A stretch of 64,000 nucleotides of DNA. Source: Octopus bimaculoides. Its lineage: Eukaryota. Shown piece by piece: positions 1 to 11,820 of the stretch. The stretch's first letter is position 1, and each line of letters starts with the position of its first letter. Location: NCBI RefSeq assembly GCF_001194135.2, contig NC_068999.1:52307059-52371058 (forward strand). The letters are read 5' to 3'. A program made the translations under genes and the position numbers. Under the pieces are notes generated by a model. That model was not told where the DNA came from. It saw only the letters and a program-made list of their open reading frames with translations, and did not search any database.

Positions 1-648
1 ATACATACACATGTATATGTATATATGTATGAATGTAGACAGGTTTCCACAGTTTCTGTCTACCAAACTCACTCACAAGGAATTGGCCAGCCTAGGGCTA
101 TAGTAAAAGACACTTGCCCAAGGTACTATGCAGTGGGACTAAATCTAACCCTATGTGGCTGCAAAGCAAGCTTCTTAGCCATACAGCCATGTCTAGAGAG
201 ATCAAAAGTATCATAATTTCATCGTACCATGAAGAAATGATATCATTTACAAATTCCTCATTACCACAACTAATCTAAGAGCAAGTAAGACTCCAGATGC
301 TAGTAACTAGCTCTGGATTCAGTAGTATCAAATAGATGCGAGATAAATCCCCTACCCTGTAGAGTGGAAGCTGGTCCAGTCTAGGAAACTTCCCAAGAAC
401 ACATGGAAGCTTATTCACATTGTTTTGAATTAATCATGCATTATCTTGTAGCTTTGAAATTTTGATAATGTGATTGATTATTTTTACAATCACATCATCA
501 TAGGTAAAAGTGCCAGAACTGACCAGTATGAATGTAAAACAGGTAGAATATTTTGGCCAAATATGGCCAGTTTAAATGCTAACGGGTTTAGAGTTCAAAC
601 CTTAGAAATAATGAAACATCTATCAACCTGATGAATACACATCTATCC

Positions 649-882
649 CAATGGTTCTTGACCAGGAGCCATACAAGATTTTGTTTTTAAAATTAACATG
701 TAATAAATTGGTTATACTTCTGCAATACATAAAATATTTTAATTTTTTTTAATACAATTCCTTATAATATTTAATTATAAAAATATTACAGGAGTTTTTA
801 AACATCAAACAGCTATGGGGGTCCACCTGAGTAAAATAGGAATCAAAGGGATACATAGGTAAAAAATGGTTAAGAACCACTG
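649..882. mobile_element. hAT-type MITE with TIRs and 8-bp TSD
   Basis: Termini CAATGGTTCTTGACC ... GGTTAAGAACCACTG form an imperfect inverted repeat. Flanks ATCTATCC (641-648) and ATCTGTCC (883-890) form an 8-bp TSD with 1 mismatch. Confidence 0.8.
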
Positions 883-1181
883 ATCTGTCCAGTCATTCAA
901 CATGCTAGTAATAGCAGCCAAATTTCCCTCAAATCACACTTTACCATCTAAAACAAGAAAGGGCACAAAAGACAATGTAACTCTGGCTAAGAGAAATTTT
1001 ATTTTCTTGAAACACTCCTCAGCAGGGGTCTGAGCTGATACTAAAGGAAAAAACAATCTCACAATGGACAATGAGCCATTGCTACAATAACTCATCCACT
1101 TGTACATCTCAAAATATTGGTCAGCTGAAATATTAGAAAAGGGAAAGGCAGGCAGTGGTTCTGGTGATTAGTCTTACTTAC

Positions 1182-1267
1182 TTGTAGCACACATGGTGAA
1201 CGAGTTCTACAGTCATCAAACTTAGGCGGGCATGATTGTTGGATGCAAACAGGCAGTGGAAAATCAC
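1182..1267 (-). CDS. ECPAS: ECPAS/ECM29 exon VIFHCLFASNNHARLSLMTVELVHHVCY (gene apparently continues beyond window start)
   Basis: tttag acceptor and GTAAGT donor; 86 bp, phase 0-2. Matches human [27 protein letters not shown]. Confidence 0.88.
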
Positions 1268-1395
1268 CTAAAAGTCAGATAAAACGAGAGCATTATGACC
1301 TTTCCAGTATTACACAATATTGTGTGTGTGCAATGGAACTGAAACCCAAACCATGTGGGTGGGAAGCGAACTTCTTAACTAGAGCCACACCACAC

Positions 1396-1434
<39 letters not shown>

Positions 1435-1678
1435 TCATCATCATCGTTTAACGTCCGCTTTCCATGCTAGCATGGGTTATATATATATATATATATATAT
1501 ATATAGGTGAGAAAGTTGGTATGTGAAAGCACGTGGTTGGATGTATAAAAGATAATAAGAGTGAAAAAACTACAGAAGGCTTGTGTTACATGGTTAAAGT
1601 ATACTTTAACCATGTAACACAAGCCTTCTGTAGTTTTTTCACTCTTATTATNNNNNNNNNNCTAGAGCCACACCACAC

Positions 1679-1712
<34 letters not shown>

Positions 1713-1750
1713 GGTGAGAAAGTTGGTATGTGAAAGCACGTGGTTGGATG

Positions 1751-1855
1751 TATAAAAGATAATAAGAGTGAAAAAACTACAGAAGGCTTGTGTTACATGG
1801 TTAAAGTATACTTTAACCATGTAACACAAGCCTTCTGTAGTTTTTTCACTCTTAT

Positions 1856-1866
<11 letters not shown>
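1751..1866. repeat. Perfect 116-bp spacerless palindrome
   Basis: TATAAAAGATAATAAGAGTG...GGTTAAAGTA|TACTTTAACC...CACTCTTATTATCTTTTATA, centred at 1808/1809. A gap-truncated second copy lies at ~1544-1651. Confidence 0.95.
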
Positions 1867-1892
<26 letters not shown>

Positions 1893-2722
1893 AACATACA
1901 CACAAAAGATTAGGGTTCAGGTGAACCAGGCACTTAAATGGTAAGGTACAGAGTTGGGTCAAAATTAAAATGCATACACAAAAAAGATAGACGAATACAT
2001 ACACAGGTACCAACGTACCAGCAGTAAGATGTTCAGGTTATGTATACGATTAATTGAACTTAACTGAGCTTGGGCTAATCAAGAATATACACACACATAT
2101 ATATACATACATAAGTAATTATTTTAGACTTTCGTATACACCTGGTAGTATGCCTATTTAAAGCATGTTCACTGTCTGTGGCTACCTGATGTCATCAACA
2201 GTATGGATATAAATGTCACTGGATTTACTTCAGGAATTCCTTTGTGCCCGTTGTGTATATAACAAAAGAGAGATTAATTATATATAGGTCCACTACCAAT
2301 ATAAAAAAATTGATTGTATCCATTCCATGTCATTCTAAACTATGAAACCCTGTATATTTCCAGCTACAGGCAAATAACAAAATACATTATAATCAACCCA
2401 AGCAAAACTGAGTTTATTGAGCAAAGGACCTTTTGGAGAGTCACCTGATGAGACACATCTGCACCAAAGAATGCACCACAGCCAGTTGCCCAGAATCTTA
2501 CCCACGAGGGGCTGATGCAGGACGGGACAAAACAATCATTGTGATTAATAAAGAATCTCATGAATTCCATTTTCTCTTTGTCAGTGGGACTGAACCTGAG
2601 ACTACCAGGTTGGGAAGCAAGCTTCTTAAACACACATCCATGTCTGTGCTTATTGGTGATGACAAACCATTGGTAAACTGCTTAAGATACTTGAAAAAAG
2701 AGTTTTAGAAAGTCATGCCTAC

Positions 2723-2842
2723 CTGTATACAAGCTGGGAAGACATTTGTGGCTTCTCTTGACTTGAGAAAGTACGGGAATATCTTCAGCCGTATCCGGGT
2801 ACTGGCTGGAGTCTTCCTACATTCTGGTTTTACTTGGCTTTC
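2723..2842 (-). CDS. ECPAS: ECPAS/ECM29 exon ESQVKPECRKTPASTRIRLKIFPYFLKSREATNVFPACIQ
   Basis: aaaag acceptor and GTAGGC donor; 120 bp, phase 0-0. Matches human [37 protein letters not shown]. Confidence 0.94.
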
Positions 2843-3269
2843 CTTTTAAGAGACAGAAAAGATAAATGTTATTTTATGTTTTTTACAAGCTGTCATCATC
2901 GTCATCCTCATTTTATGCCTACTTTTCTGTTTTACAGGTCAGATGGAATTTGGTGAAGTAGATCTTTTTTTTTTTTTTTGTATAGCTGGATCCTTTCCTG
3001 TTGCTGACCCATATTTGTTTCCAAGCAAGGAAATAATTCCCCATGGAAGACAGGAAACAAACAACATTACTTGTACAGCAATGCTGCTCATTTACAATCA
3101 TTATAATAATGTCAAGACAGGGGTAAACACACACACATACATACATATCCGAGGGTCAAGACAGGGGTAAACACACACACATACATACATACATATCCGA
3201 GGGGCTTCTAAGTCCACTCTGCTGAGTGGTTGGTTTTAGTAAGGGCAAAAATAATATCAATAAACTTAC

Positions 3270-3348
3270 TTTTCCTTTAATAACTGTAGTTCCAAGAAAT
3301 ATAGAAAACAGTTTATTCATAATGACCAAGGAATTCCAGTTAATACTC
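3270..3348 (-). CDS. ECPAS: ECPAS/ECM29 exon SINWNSLVIMNKLFSIFLGTTVIKGK
   Basis: ttcag acceptor and GTAAGT donor; 79 bp, phase 2-0. Matches human [27 protein letters not shown]. Confidence 0.9.
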
Positions 3349-4283
3349 CTGAATATTAAGTAAAAACAAAAAGTAATAAATAACTGAAGAATTTCAATGA
3401 ATATCCTTTCACTACTTTATTCACAACACTTAAATATTAGCCATATTTACTATTAGTATTTGACTAAAGTTGTAGCAAAAATGTGACTAAAGAATAAGAC
3501 AAATACAGACTTTAGAATCTTTGGCTTTTGTAGTTGGTTTGCAAAGTTCTTGATGTGAACTAGTGTGTTGAAATAGATTTTGCTATTTTGTTGTATCTTG
3601 GGAGGGTTATTACGTCAATAATAAAACCATGCACTAATTGATTGTTTGATCATTTGGTCAATCAATTAGCTAAGTTTGTCAGACAGGGAGTAGAGAAGAC
3701 AAGTCATTGATGAGGTAGCAAATGGCAATGAAAGGACTCTGACAAACCCAGCTGGCTGATCGATTGACCAAAATGATTTATAAAATAATTATATTGATTG
3801 GGTAAATGGATAACCATTGACAAATAACAATAATAAAAGAAGTGAAACAGAACCAGTGCATGTGTTTATCATTGGCATAATGACCCTCCCCTGAATAAAG
3901 ACAGTTTTTTAAAATCATTCAGTTGATCAATCTATCTTTTATTTGTTTTGGTCATTGGACTGTAGCCATGTCCGGACCATTGTCTTGACAGTTTAGTCAA
4001 ACAAAATGACCCTGGTACTTATCTTTTTAAAATAAGTACTATTTTTTGAAGTCTGGTACTTATCCTATTGGTCTATTCTATTTACCAAACTGCTGTTATG
4101 TGGATGTAAACAAACCAACATTGACTGTCAAGCAGTGACAGAGAACACATGCACACACATACATAAGTATAGACTAATCTTTCAACTACTCTAAACATTA
4201 GGATTAATAGTTTGAACACTATATTAATAGAATGTCTGGAATGCAATGGAGACAACAAGGTTGTCAATAAAACTACTACTTAC

Positions 4284-4325
4284 CCCATAACTTTTTTCAG
4301 TTCCATATCTCCAGCTGTTGCTATG
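4284..4325 (-). CDS. ECPAS: ECPAS/ECM29 42-bp small exon IATAGDMELKKVM
   Basis: ctatag acceptor and GTAAGT donor; phase 2-2. Matches human VATAADLELKSKQ. Confidence 0.9.
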
Positions 4326-4806
4326 CTATAGGGGAAATAAATAGATAAACATACAAATGAAGAAGGTTGGCGTGGTGATGATGATAATTATGATGGTTTC
4401 CAACATTGATCCAAAGCACACATTTTAGGGGTACGAACACAAACAGTTCCTGACATGCTTATTTTTATTAACTTTGAAAAGGATGAAAGACAGAGTTAAA
4501 CATGACTGGAACTTGTATTGATAATATTGAGAGTGGTTGGTGGTAATAATATTGATGGTGTTGGCAGTTAGACTGCAATGTTGAAATTGTCAATGGAAGA
4601 CTTGGCAACTGGAATAATAGGAAACAGATAAATTGTTGTGATTGGTTGTGGTTATAGGTATTAGTGTTGGAGGTAGTAGCTTCTGTGGTAATGACTTTGG
4701 CAGCAGTAGTTTTAGCAATGATGGTGGTGATGGCTGCAGAGTGAAGTTGGTGACTAGAAGGCATTTAATATTCAAAAACTGAATGAAAAACATCACCTAG
4801 TATTTA

Positions 4807-5328
4807 TGAGGGGCATTTCAGAAGTTTTGAGACATTTTCGTGAGAAGCAGTTATAACTGTCCTAGATTACTGTAATCTGAGTATGTCATTTCTATACATC
4901 TCATAAGTGGATGTGCCAACTTTTTTTTTATTCCAGATTGAAGAAAACAGCTGTAACACACACCCTACTAAACTGCCTGTCACAATCCCATCCTTGTAAC
5001 CAAATACTTGACAGAGATGGGAATTAAAACTGTCCCTCAGCCTCCCTGCAGTCCTGACCTTGCTCCTAGTGACTTTTGGTTGTTCCCCAAGCTGAAGGAG
5101 AACCTCAGGGGCAATCATTTTGAAGACATTGAGAAGATAGGGTCTGTGACAAGAGTCCTGGACACCTTGACTTTGGAGGACTTCCGTGAGGCCTTCACAA
5201 AGTGGCTGGAGCACTTCAACACGTGCACTGAAGTCAAAGGATCCTACTTTGAAGACTAGTTTTGTACTTCTTTGAAATTATTAAATGTCTCTCTTGAAAA
5301 AGTCTAGAAGCTTTCAGAAAGCACCTCA
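4807..5328 (+). mobile_element. Internally deleted Tc1/mariner element
   Basis: Transposase C-terminus GIKTVPQPPCSPDLAPSDFWLFPKLK (mariner YSPDLAP motif). Degenerate TIRs TGAGGGGCATTTCAGAAG / CTTTCAGAAAGCACCTCA, with TA on both flanks. Confidence 0.88.
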
Positions 5329-5544
5329 TAGCAATATTGTGAATATGGACATTGATGAATATTTTAAAAATCTAACAACTGTGTTTTTGTTCTGTTTTAA
5401 CAATGTTTCTTTTAACAACTGTTTTCTGTTTCCAACAATTAAATAAACTGTACCAAATTACCTGGTTTTTTGTGGAGCACCCTGTTGTAATAAAAAAGAT
5501 GACATTTAATATAAAAAAGAAAAAAATTTGAATGTAAACCTTAC

Positions 5545-5766
5545 CTATGTCTTGTGTCAGCAGCACCAATGATGTAATGGCATACAACTTTCTCATCAGG
5601 AAAGATACCGGAACCTAGGAAATTCAAAATACCCAGTTTGCATTTTTCTAACTCTTCTGGCTTTAGAGGATTGTCACCTGTAACTCTTTTCAATGATTGT
5701 TCACTCATTCCTGGAGGTGGTATAGCAGGAGTAGAATTATCCCCAGAGGTCACTGTTGCATGAGCA
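5545..5766 (-). CDS. ECPAS: ECPAS/ECM29 exon AHATVTSGDNSTPAIPPPGMSEQSLKRVTGDNPLKPEELEKCKLGILNFL...AADTRH
   Basis: ctacag acceptor and GTAAGG donor; 222 bp, phase 2-2. The PPPGMS..KRV.GDNP...EELEKCKLGI and DTRH motifs are characteristic of ECM29. Confidence 0.96.
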
Positions 5767-6811
5767 CTGTAGATAGAAAAGTTAGGGTGTCTATATATAT
5801 ATGTATATACACATAATTATATATATATATATATATACACACACAATTATATATTCATATATATATATACATATATACACACACAATTATATATACATAC
5901 ATATGCATACACTATTATATATACATACATATATATATACACACACACATTACATATACATACATTTATATATATACACACACATAATTATATATACATC
6001 TATCTATCTATCTATCTATATATATATATATATCACCTTTATATCAGCACACCTGTTTCTGGCCCTTTTCTGTACCTCTCTCTCACTTTCTATCTTCTCT
6101 CTCTCACTGGGTATCCATGTACCTCCTCCATAGCAAGACACCTATTTCTGCCTCTCTATTTCCCTGTTACACTCTAACCTTTCACCATTTGATACTCGAT
6201 CATCACCTCCTCTAATGCCCCCTCTGTTGTGGCAAGATACCTGCTTCTGTCTCTTTGTCACACTCTAACTTTCATCCTTTTGGGGGTCAATAAATTAAGT
6301 ACCAGTTGCGTACTGAGGTCGATCTAATCAACAGGGCCCTCCCACAAAATTTCGGGCTTTGTGTCTAGAATAGAAAAGATATTGATATTTAGCATTATAT
6401 AATGCAAGAAATGTATAATAGAGGAAACTAACTCATTGGATCATATATATTGGAACATCATGGATGCATTCTGGATTCAACACTCAGATATTATGTAAAG
6501 GTTGTAATCATATGGAAACCATATGGACATAATAAATCTGTATTCACCTCTCGTACCTCTTGCTCTTATGGTTATCATTTACTCTTAGTGGGAACATTTA
6601 CTACTTGTATGTCTTGAATTTTTGGTTCCATGCACAAGTTAAAATTACATCATAATTTAATTACTATGTGAACTGATAGCCAGTTCATTGTGGGAGAGCT
6701 TACTGTGAGTTCTGTTTGAGTTATGTGTGTGTGTGTGTGTGTGTTGTTTTTTGTACGACAATATGATTTCTCTAGGTTACATGTCATCAATATGTTTACA
6801 AAGATACTTAC

Positions 6812-6961
6812 TTGTAAGGTAACAGCAACACATCCATTACGTAGTCCAAAAACAATCGGCTAATATTCGGTCTCTCTGAGAATTGATACATCTGTTCAAG
6901 TTTGGAAGGATCACTTGGAATTTTCACATGTTGTAAAGCTGGCACCAACAACTGGAATAAA
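6812..6961 (-). CDS. ECPAS: ECPAS/ECM29 exon LFQLLVPALQHVKIPSDPSKLEQMYQFSERPNISRLFLDYVMDVLLLPY
   Basis: cacag acceptor and GTAAGT donor; 150 bp, phase 2-2, in frame with both neighbours. Matches human LMHLLIPTLFHMKYP...LLDFMLDVLLMPY. Not in the ORF track. Confidence 0.93.
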
Positions 6962-7363
6962 CTGTGTTTAAAAAGAAAAACAAAACAATTTCATTAGGGA
7001 TATACTAAAAAGATCCATTAAGAGTTCTATTTTACTTTCCATTTTGAAGAAGATATAGTGAGATTGGGTTTCAGGTTGTTGGATGTTGAACAGGTATGAC
7101 TATGTAGTAAGAAGATTGCTTCTCAACCACATGGTTTTGAGTTCATTCCTACTGTGACACCTTGGGCAAGTGTTTTCTATTATAGCCCTAGGTTGACTAA
7201 AGCCTTGGGAGTGGATTTGGTAGACAGAAACTGAAAGAAACCTATCATATATAAATGCGAGTGAGTGAGAGAGAGTTTGTGTTTTTTCATTCCATTAACG
7301 CTTGACAACAACCCTTCAAGGTGGTGCCTTAGTTGAATGACTGAAACAAGTAAAAGATAAAAG

Positions 7364-7399
<36 letters not shown>

Positions 7400-8297
7400 G
7401 TCACCTTGCCTTGACATTGCCCGTTGGTTGTGAGTTTCACTGTCATACAGGCAGTGTCCTTCTTTCTAAACTAACACGTCTGGTCATGGAGAAATGTTAC
7501 CTTACATGGAAACAAGTGAAGGTTAGTCAGAGGAAGAGCATGTGGCCACAAACAATCTGCTTCAACAGACACTCTCCAACGACCCGTGCAGGTATGAAAA
7601 GGTGGGCATTAAAATGATGATAATGTTACCTTGTCTCACAGACATGGTAACAAAAGATCAAAAGATGTGGCAATATGTCATACAACAAATCCATCTAAAC
7701 CAGGCCAGCATACACAGGCAGCTGTTAAAAATGCTAGTGATGAATTATAATTATGAGGAGCTTTGTGACACAAGCTGCAGCAAAACTGCACAATTAGCGA
7801 CAGTTTATTGATCATCAATGCCAAACTGAAATCTTTTTTTCAATGAATGTGAATTAAGATGTTATAAATCTTAGATTTGAGTTTTGTTGTCTTCACGCCG
7901 AAACCTTTTACACTTTCACCTCAAAATAATTAATGTTTTTAATCTATATAAATTCAATACAATACCTTAAACACCTTCACATTAAATATGGAGACAATTT
8001 TTTTAAAAATTAATAAACTTTATTTATATATATATGTATAAAACATACAAGAAGCAGATATTGTACTCAATAGTTTATGGAACATACACATATTTCAGAA
8101 AATTGCCATAACTACATAATAGTTGAAGAAACATTATATAATCTAGCAATTTACCTCATCAGTGATCCACAATAAATATGACAACAAATATTGAAGGGTA
8201 AATATAAATACATTTTTCCAGTTATGCAAATTATCAACAACTCTGTATGCTGCACGATGTAGCAGAGGCCAAAAATATGGACCATAAATGCACATAC

Positions 8298-8416
8298 CTA
8301 TCTTGCTGGGGTTGTGGTCGACCTTCAATACAGTTTAATAAGTTTGGTATGAGTTCTGCTTGTTGAGCAGGTTCAAGTCGAGGGTAACCTTTCTTAATAT
8401 AAAGTATAGTAAAATT
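8298..8416 (-). CDS. ECPAS: ECPAS/ECM29 internal exon [39 protein letters not shown]
   Basis: ttgcag acceptor and GTATGT donor; 119 bp. Aligns to human ECM29 NFTIIYVKMGYPRL...MEGKPQPQQD (recalled from memory). Confidence 0.95.
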
Positions 8417-8837
8417 CTGCAACAGAAGAAAACAGTAGTAAAAAGCCATCATCATTTATTTGCATTGGAAAACCAGGATATATATATATATATATATATA
8501 NNNNNNNNNNNNNNNNNNNNNNNNNNNNNNNNNNNNNNNNNNNNNNNNNNNNNNNNNNNNNNNNNNNNNNNNNNNNNNNNNNNNNNNNNNNNNNNNNNNN
8601 NNNNNNNNNNNNNNNNNNNNNNNNNNNNNNNNNNNNNNNNNNNNNNNNNNNNNNNNNNNNNNNNNNNTTTACAGTGAATTTTCATTGATGAGTTTATGAA
8701 CCTTGGTTCTTTTCCCTAAAACTATATATATATATATATATATTGCTTATGCCAAGAAATTAGAAACTTCAAGTGATATGAAATAAATTGTTTTTAATGG
8801 TGGAGCTCAAAAGATGGAGCTATAAATAATAGTTTCT

Positions 8838-9045
8838 AATTTTGGCACAAGGCTAGCAATTTCGGGGGAGAGGGTAAGTCAATTACATCGACCCCTGTAA
8901 TCAACAGGTATTTATTTAATCAACTCCAAAAGGATGAAAGGCAAAGTCAACCTCGGTAGAATTTGAACTCAGAATGTTAAAGACAGACGAAATACCATAA
9001 AGCATTTTGCTCAGTGCGCTAATGATTTACAACTTACTGCCTTAG
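8838..9045 (-). mobile_element. SINE family D copy
   Basis: TTTGGCACAAGG..AGCAATTT...AAAGGATGAAAGGCAAAGTC...GAATTTGAACTCAGAA. Homologous copies at 52275-52460 (-), 6255-6385 (+) and 50495-50575 (+). Confidence 0.75.
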
Positions 9046-9304
9046 ATAAAGTTATACATAATAGCATGTAGAATATTAGGTTAAAAAAAGCCTTCAATAG
9101 AAAAAGTTGAAGGTTACATATATCTATATGTATGTAACATCAAATCCATTACATTGATCAGGCATTTTATGAACAAAAGAACCATTGGCCTCATGATTCC
9201 AACAAAGCAATCACTAGTTCAATAGATTTCTGATGATGTGTGATTCAGACAGAGGAAAAAAATGTCTTTTTTTAAATTTTATTTTGATGCACAAATTTAT
9301 CAGT

Positions 9305-9645
9305 ATATATGATATAATGAAGGAAATTGTTGTATACAGTGCTCAGGTGCACTACAACTAAACAAAAAGACAAAACAAAAGCCATCAGGTGTACTGTTGG
9401 CGGATTTCTGGAAGCATGGAAGTTTTGAAGGATGTAGTGTCACGACAGCTAACATGAGATGCAGATAGTTTATTCCATGCTTCAGCAATTCTGAGTGTAA
9501 AAAAAATGTTTCTGAAAGTCATGGGTACTGTGTTGTCTTTTGATTTTATAAGCATGTCCACGAGTGTTTGTCACATGGAACTCAAAAAGGTGCCCAAGGT
9601 TGTTGTTGGAAAGATGGTGGATAATCTTGTTTATAATAAACTTTA
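9305..9645 (-). mobile_element. CR1/L2-like LINE 3' fragment
   Basis: Minus-strand translation ...NTRGHAYKIKRQHSTHDFQKHFFTLRIAEAWNKLSAS... matches the TRGH..K....FF..R....WN.L terminus of CR1/L2-group ORF2. Confidence 0.75.
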
Positions 9646-10776
9646 TTTTATATTTCTTACCTACAAGAGATGATGTCCGATCTTTAGCATATGGCTGTAT
9701 GTCTTCTCAAACCACAATCACAAGAAAAGGTGTTGATGAGAATTATCAACAAAAACAAAGCTGATAAATAGGCACAGGTGTTGCAAATTAAGTTTCATTA
9801 CCAATAAACATCAGATTGGACGACACTTTACTCAACCAAGTAAAATATGTAAAATATGACCTGGACCGTAAAATGCTAATGTAATACTTATGTTCCCTGT
9901 TGACAATACATCCGGCTGCTTTGTGCTTTCAAAGATCAGTCGAGTATAACACTATCTTGCTTGAGAAACAGGTAAGGAATGGCAACAAGAAGGGGATCCA
10001 GCCATAAATGCAGACTTAAATAAGTCCCCATCCGACCCATGCCAGCATGGAAAAACAGACATAAAATGCATGAACAAACAAATCTTTTATCTCCCTTGTT
10101 TTATATTTTACTTATTTCTGTCACTGGACCGTGGTCGTGCTGGGGCATGGCCTTGACAGCGAACTTTATTTCCATCTTTATTAATACAATGTTGTCATTT
10201 CATGTAGCCGCAAGCCCTTATCGTCAACAATAAATATAAACCCAGACATATGCAAAGAAAAATCCCACCCAAAATACAATGTTACAGATTTTCATATTTG
10301 ACATTGGCTTTGATCCCATTTCTGAGTTTGGTATCTACAAGGGTGTTAAACTTCAGCTCAGTGACTCATCTTATACATATGTACTGGTTGACATAATAAT
10401 ATGCCTCTGTACAGTTACCATGGAGAGCCAATTAACCTATGCAAACATGAAGCATTCTGGGTAATGAATTGAATAGCAATGATGGTGATAATACCAGTGA
10501 CAACAACAACAACAACAACACCAGCAGATTTGATTTGTTTTGTTATACAAATCAATACAGCACACTGTCAGATGCTCATTTTTATTGAATATTTTATTTA
10601 TCTCCTTCAAGCGCAATAAAAGTCTCTAGCTTTGTTTTCTTATCGTCAAGAGCAAGGCAGTGTTCAGCACTCTTCATAAGGCCTCTGAAAACTCGTGGAC
10701 AGAACAGAGGCAAGATACACCCCATACTGGAAACTTGACTCAAATGTTCACTAGGCAGGGGACACCACTAAAGACA

Positions 10777-11350
10777 CCATCATCATCATTTAACGTCCAT
10801 TCTCCATGCTGACATGGGTTGGATGGTTTGACATGGAGCTGGCCAGATTCCAGTTGTCTGTTGTGGCATGGTTTCTACAGCTGGATGCCCTTCCTAATGC
10901 CAACCACTTAACAGAGAGTGCTGGGCGCTTTTGACATGTCACAGGTCCAGGCGCAATTATGCAGCACCAGCTTGGGTGCTTTTTATGTGGTACCGGCACA
11001 TGAAATGACAAGCCTGTATATGTGGATGACAGCAATTTTACTAAGCTTAACGTGTCTTATCAAGTACAGCAAATCACCTCACCTCCCAGCCCCTTGTAAT
11101 TTCCTCAGTGAGGCCCAGCATCCAAAGATCCTTTCTCACCACTTTCTCCCACATCGTCCTGGGTCAACTCCTTCCACAGGTTCCCTCCACAATTAGAGCT
11201 CGGCACTTCTTTATGCAGCTGTCCTCATCCATATGCATCACATGACCAAACCAGCACGGTCTTCTCTCCTGCACACATCTGATGCCTCTTATACCCAGTT
11301 TTCCTCTTAAATCATTTACACTCTGTCATGCATGCACACTGACATTGCCA
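10777..11350 (-). mobile_element. RTE-clade LINE 3' fragment with (GAT)n tail
   Basis: Minus-strand ...QERRPCWFGHVMHMDEDSCIKKCRALIVEGTCGRS*PR... (RTE WFGHV.RM..VEG.R.RGRP motif). A 3'UTR containing the AGGAAGGGCATCCAGCTGTAG motif and a GAT-repeat tail follows. Confidence 0.8.
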
Positions 11351-11439
11351 ATCCTCTGTAGTCAAAACCTAAACCGGTTGAGAGGTAGTCTATCACCTAA
11401 GTAGGCCAAGGTAGAAATTTGAACTCAGAAAAGAACAGG

Positions 11440-11820
11440 TCTGGCTGTGTGTTTAAGAAGTTTGCTTTCCAACCACATTTCAGGTTCAGTCCCACTGCTT
11501 GGCACTTTGGACAAGTATCTTCTATTATAGTCCCAAGCCAACCAAAACCTTGTGAGTAGATTTTGGTATATGGAAACTATAAGAAACCTGTAATGTATAT
11601 GTGTGTGTGCATGTGTATATGTGTGTGTGTACACGCACACGCACACACACACACACACACACAATGGGCTTCTACAGTTTCCATTCACCAAGTTCACTCA
11701 CAAGGTACTGGCCAGTCCAAGGCTATAGTACATTTGCTCAAAGTGCCACACAGGGAGACTGAACCCAAAATAATGTGATTGCAAAGCAAGCTCTTTACCC
11801 ACATAAGCCATGCCTGCTCC
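11440..11820. mobile_element. Tail-to-tail pair of family A SINE 5' halves
   Basis: Plus copy at 11440-11595 and minus copy at 11665-11820, separated by (TG)n/(CA)n. Confidence 0.8.

Noticed and set aside
9664-9765. C/D-box-like GATGATG...CTGA pair
   Set aside because: Antisense to the host gene, imperfect C box, no terminal stem, and adjacent to a LINE relic.
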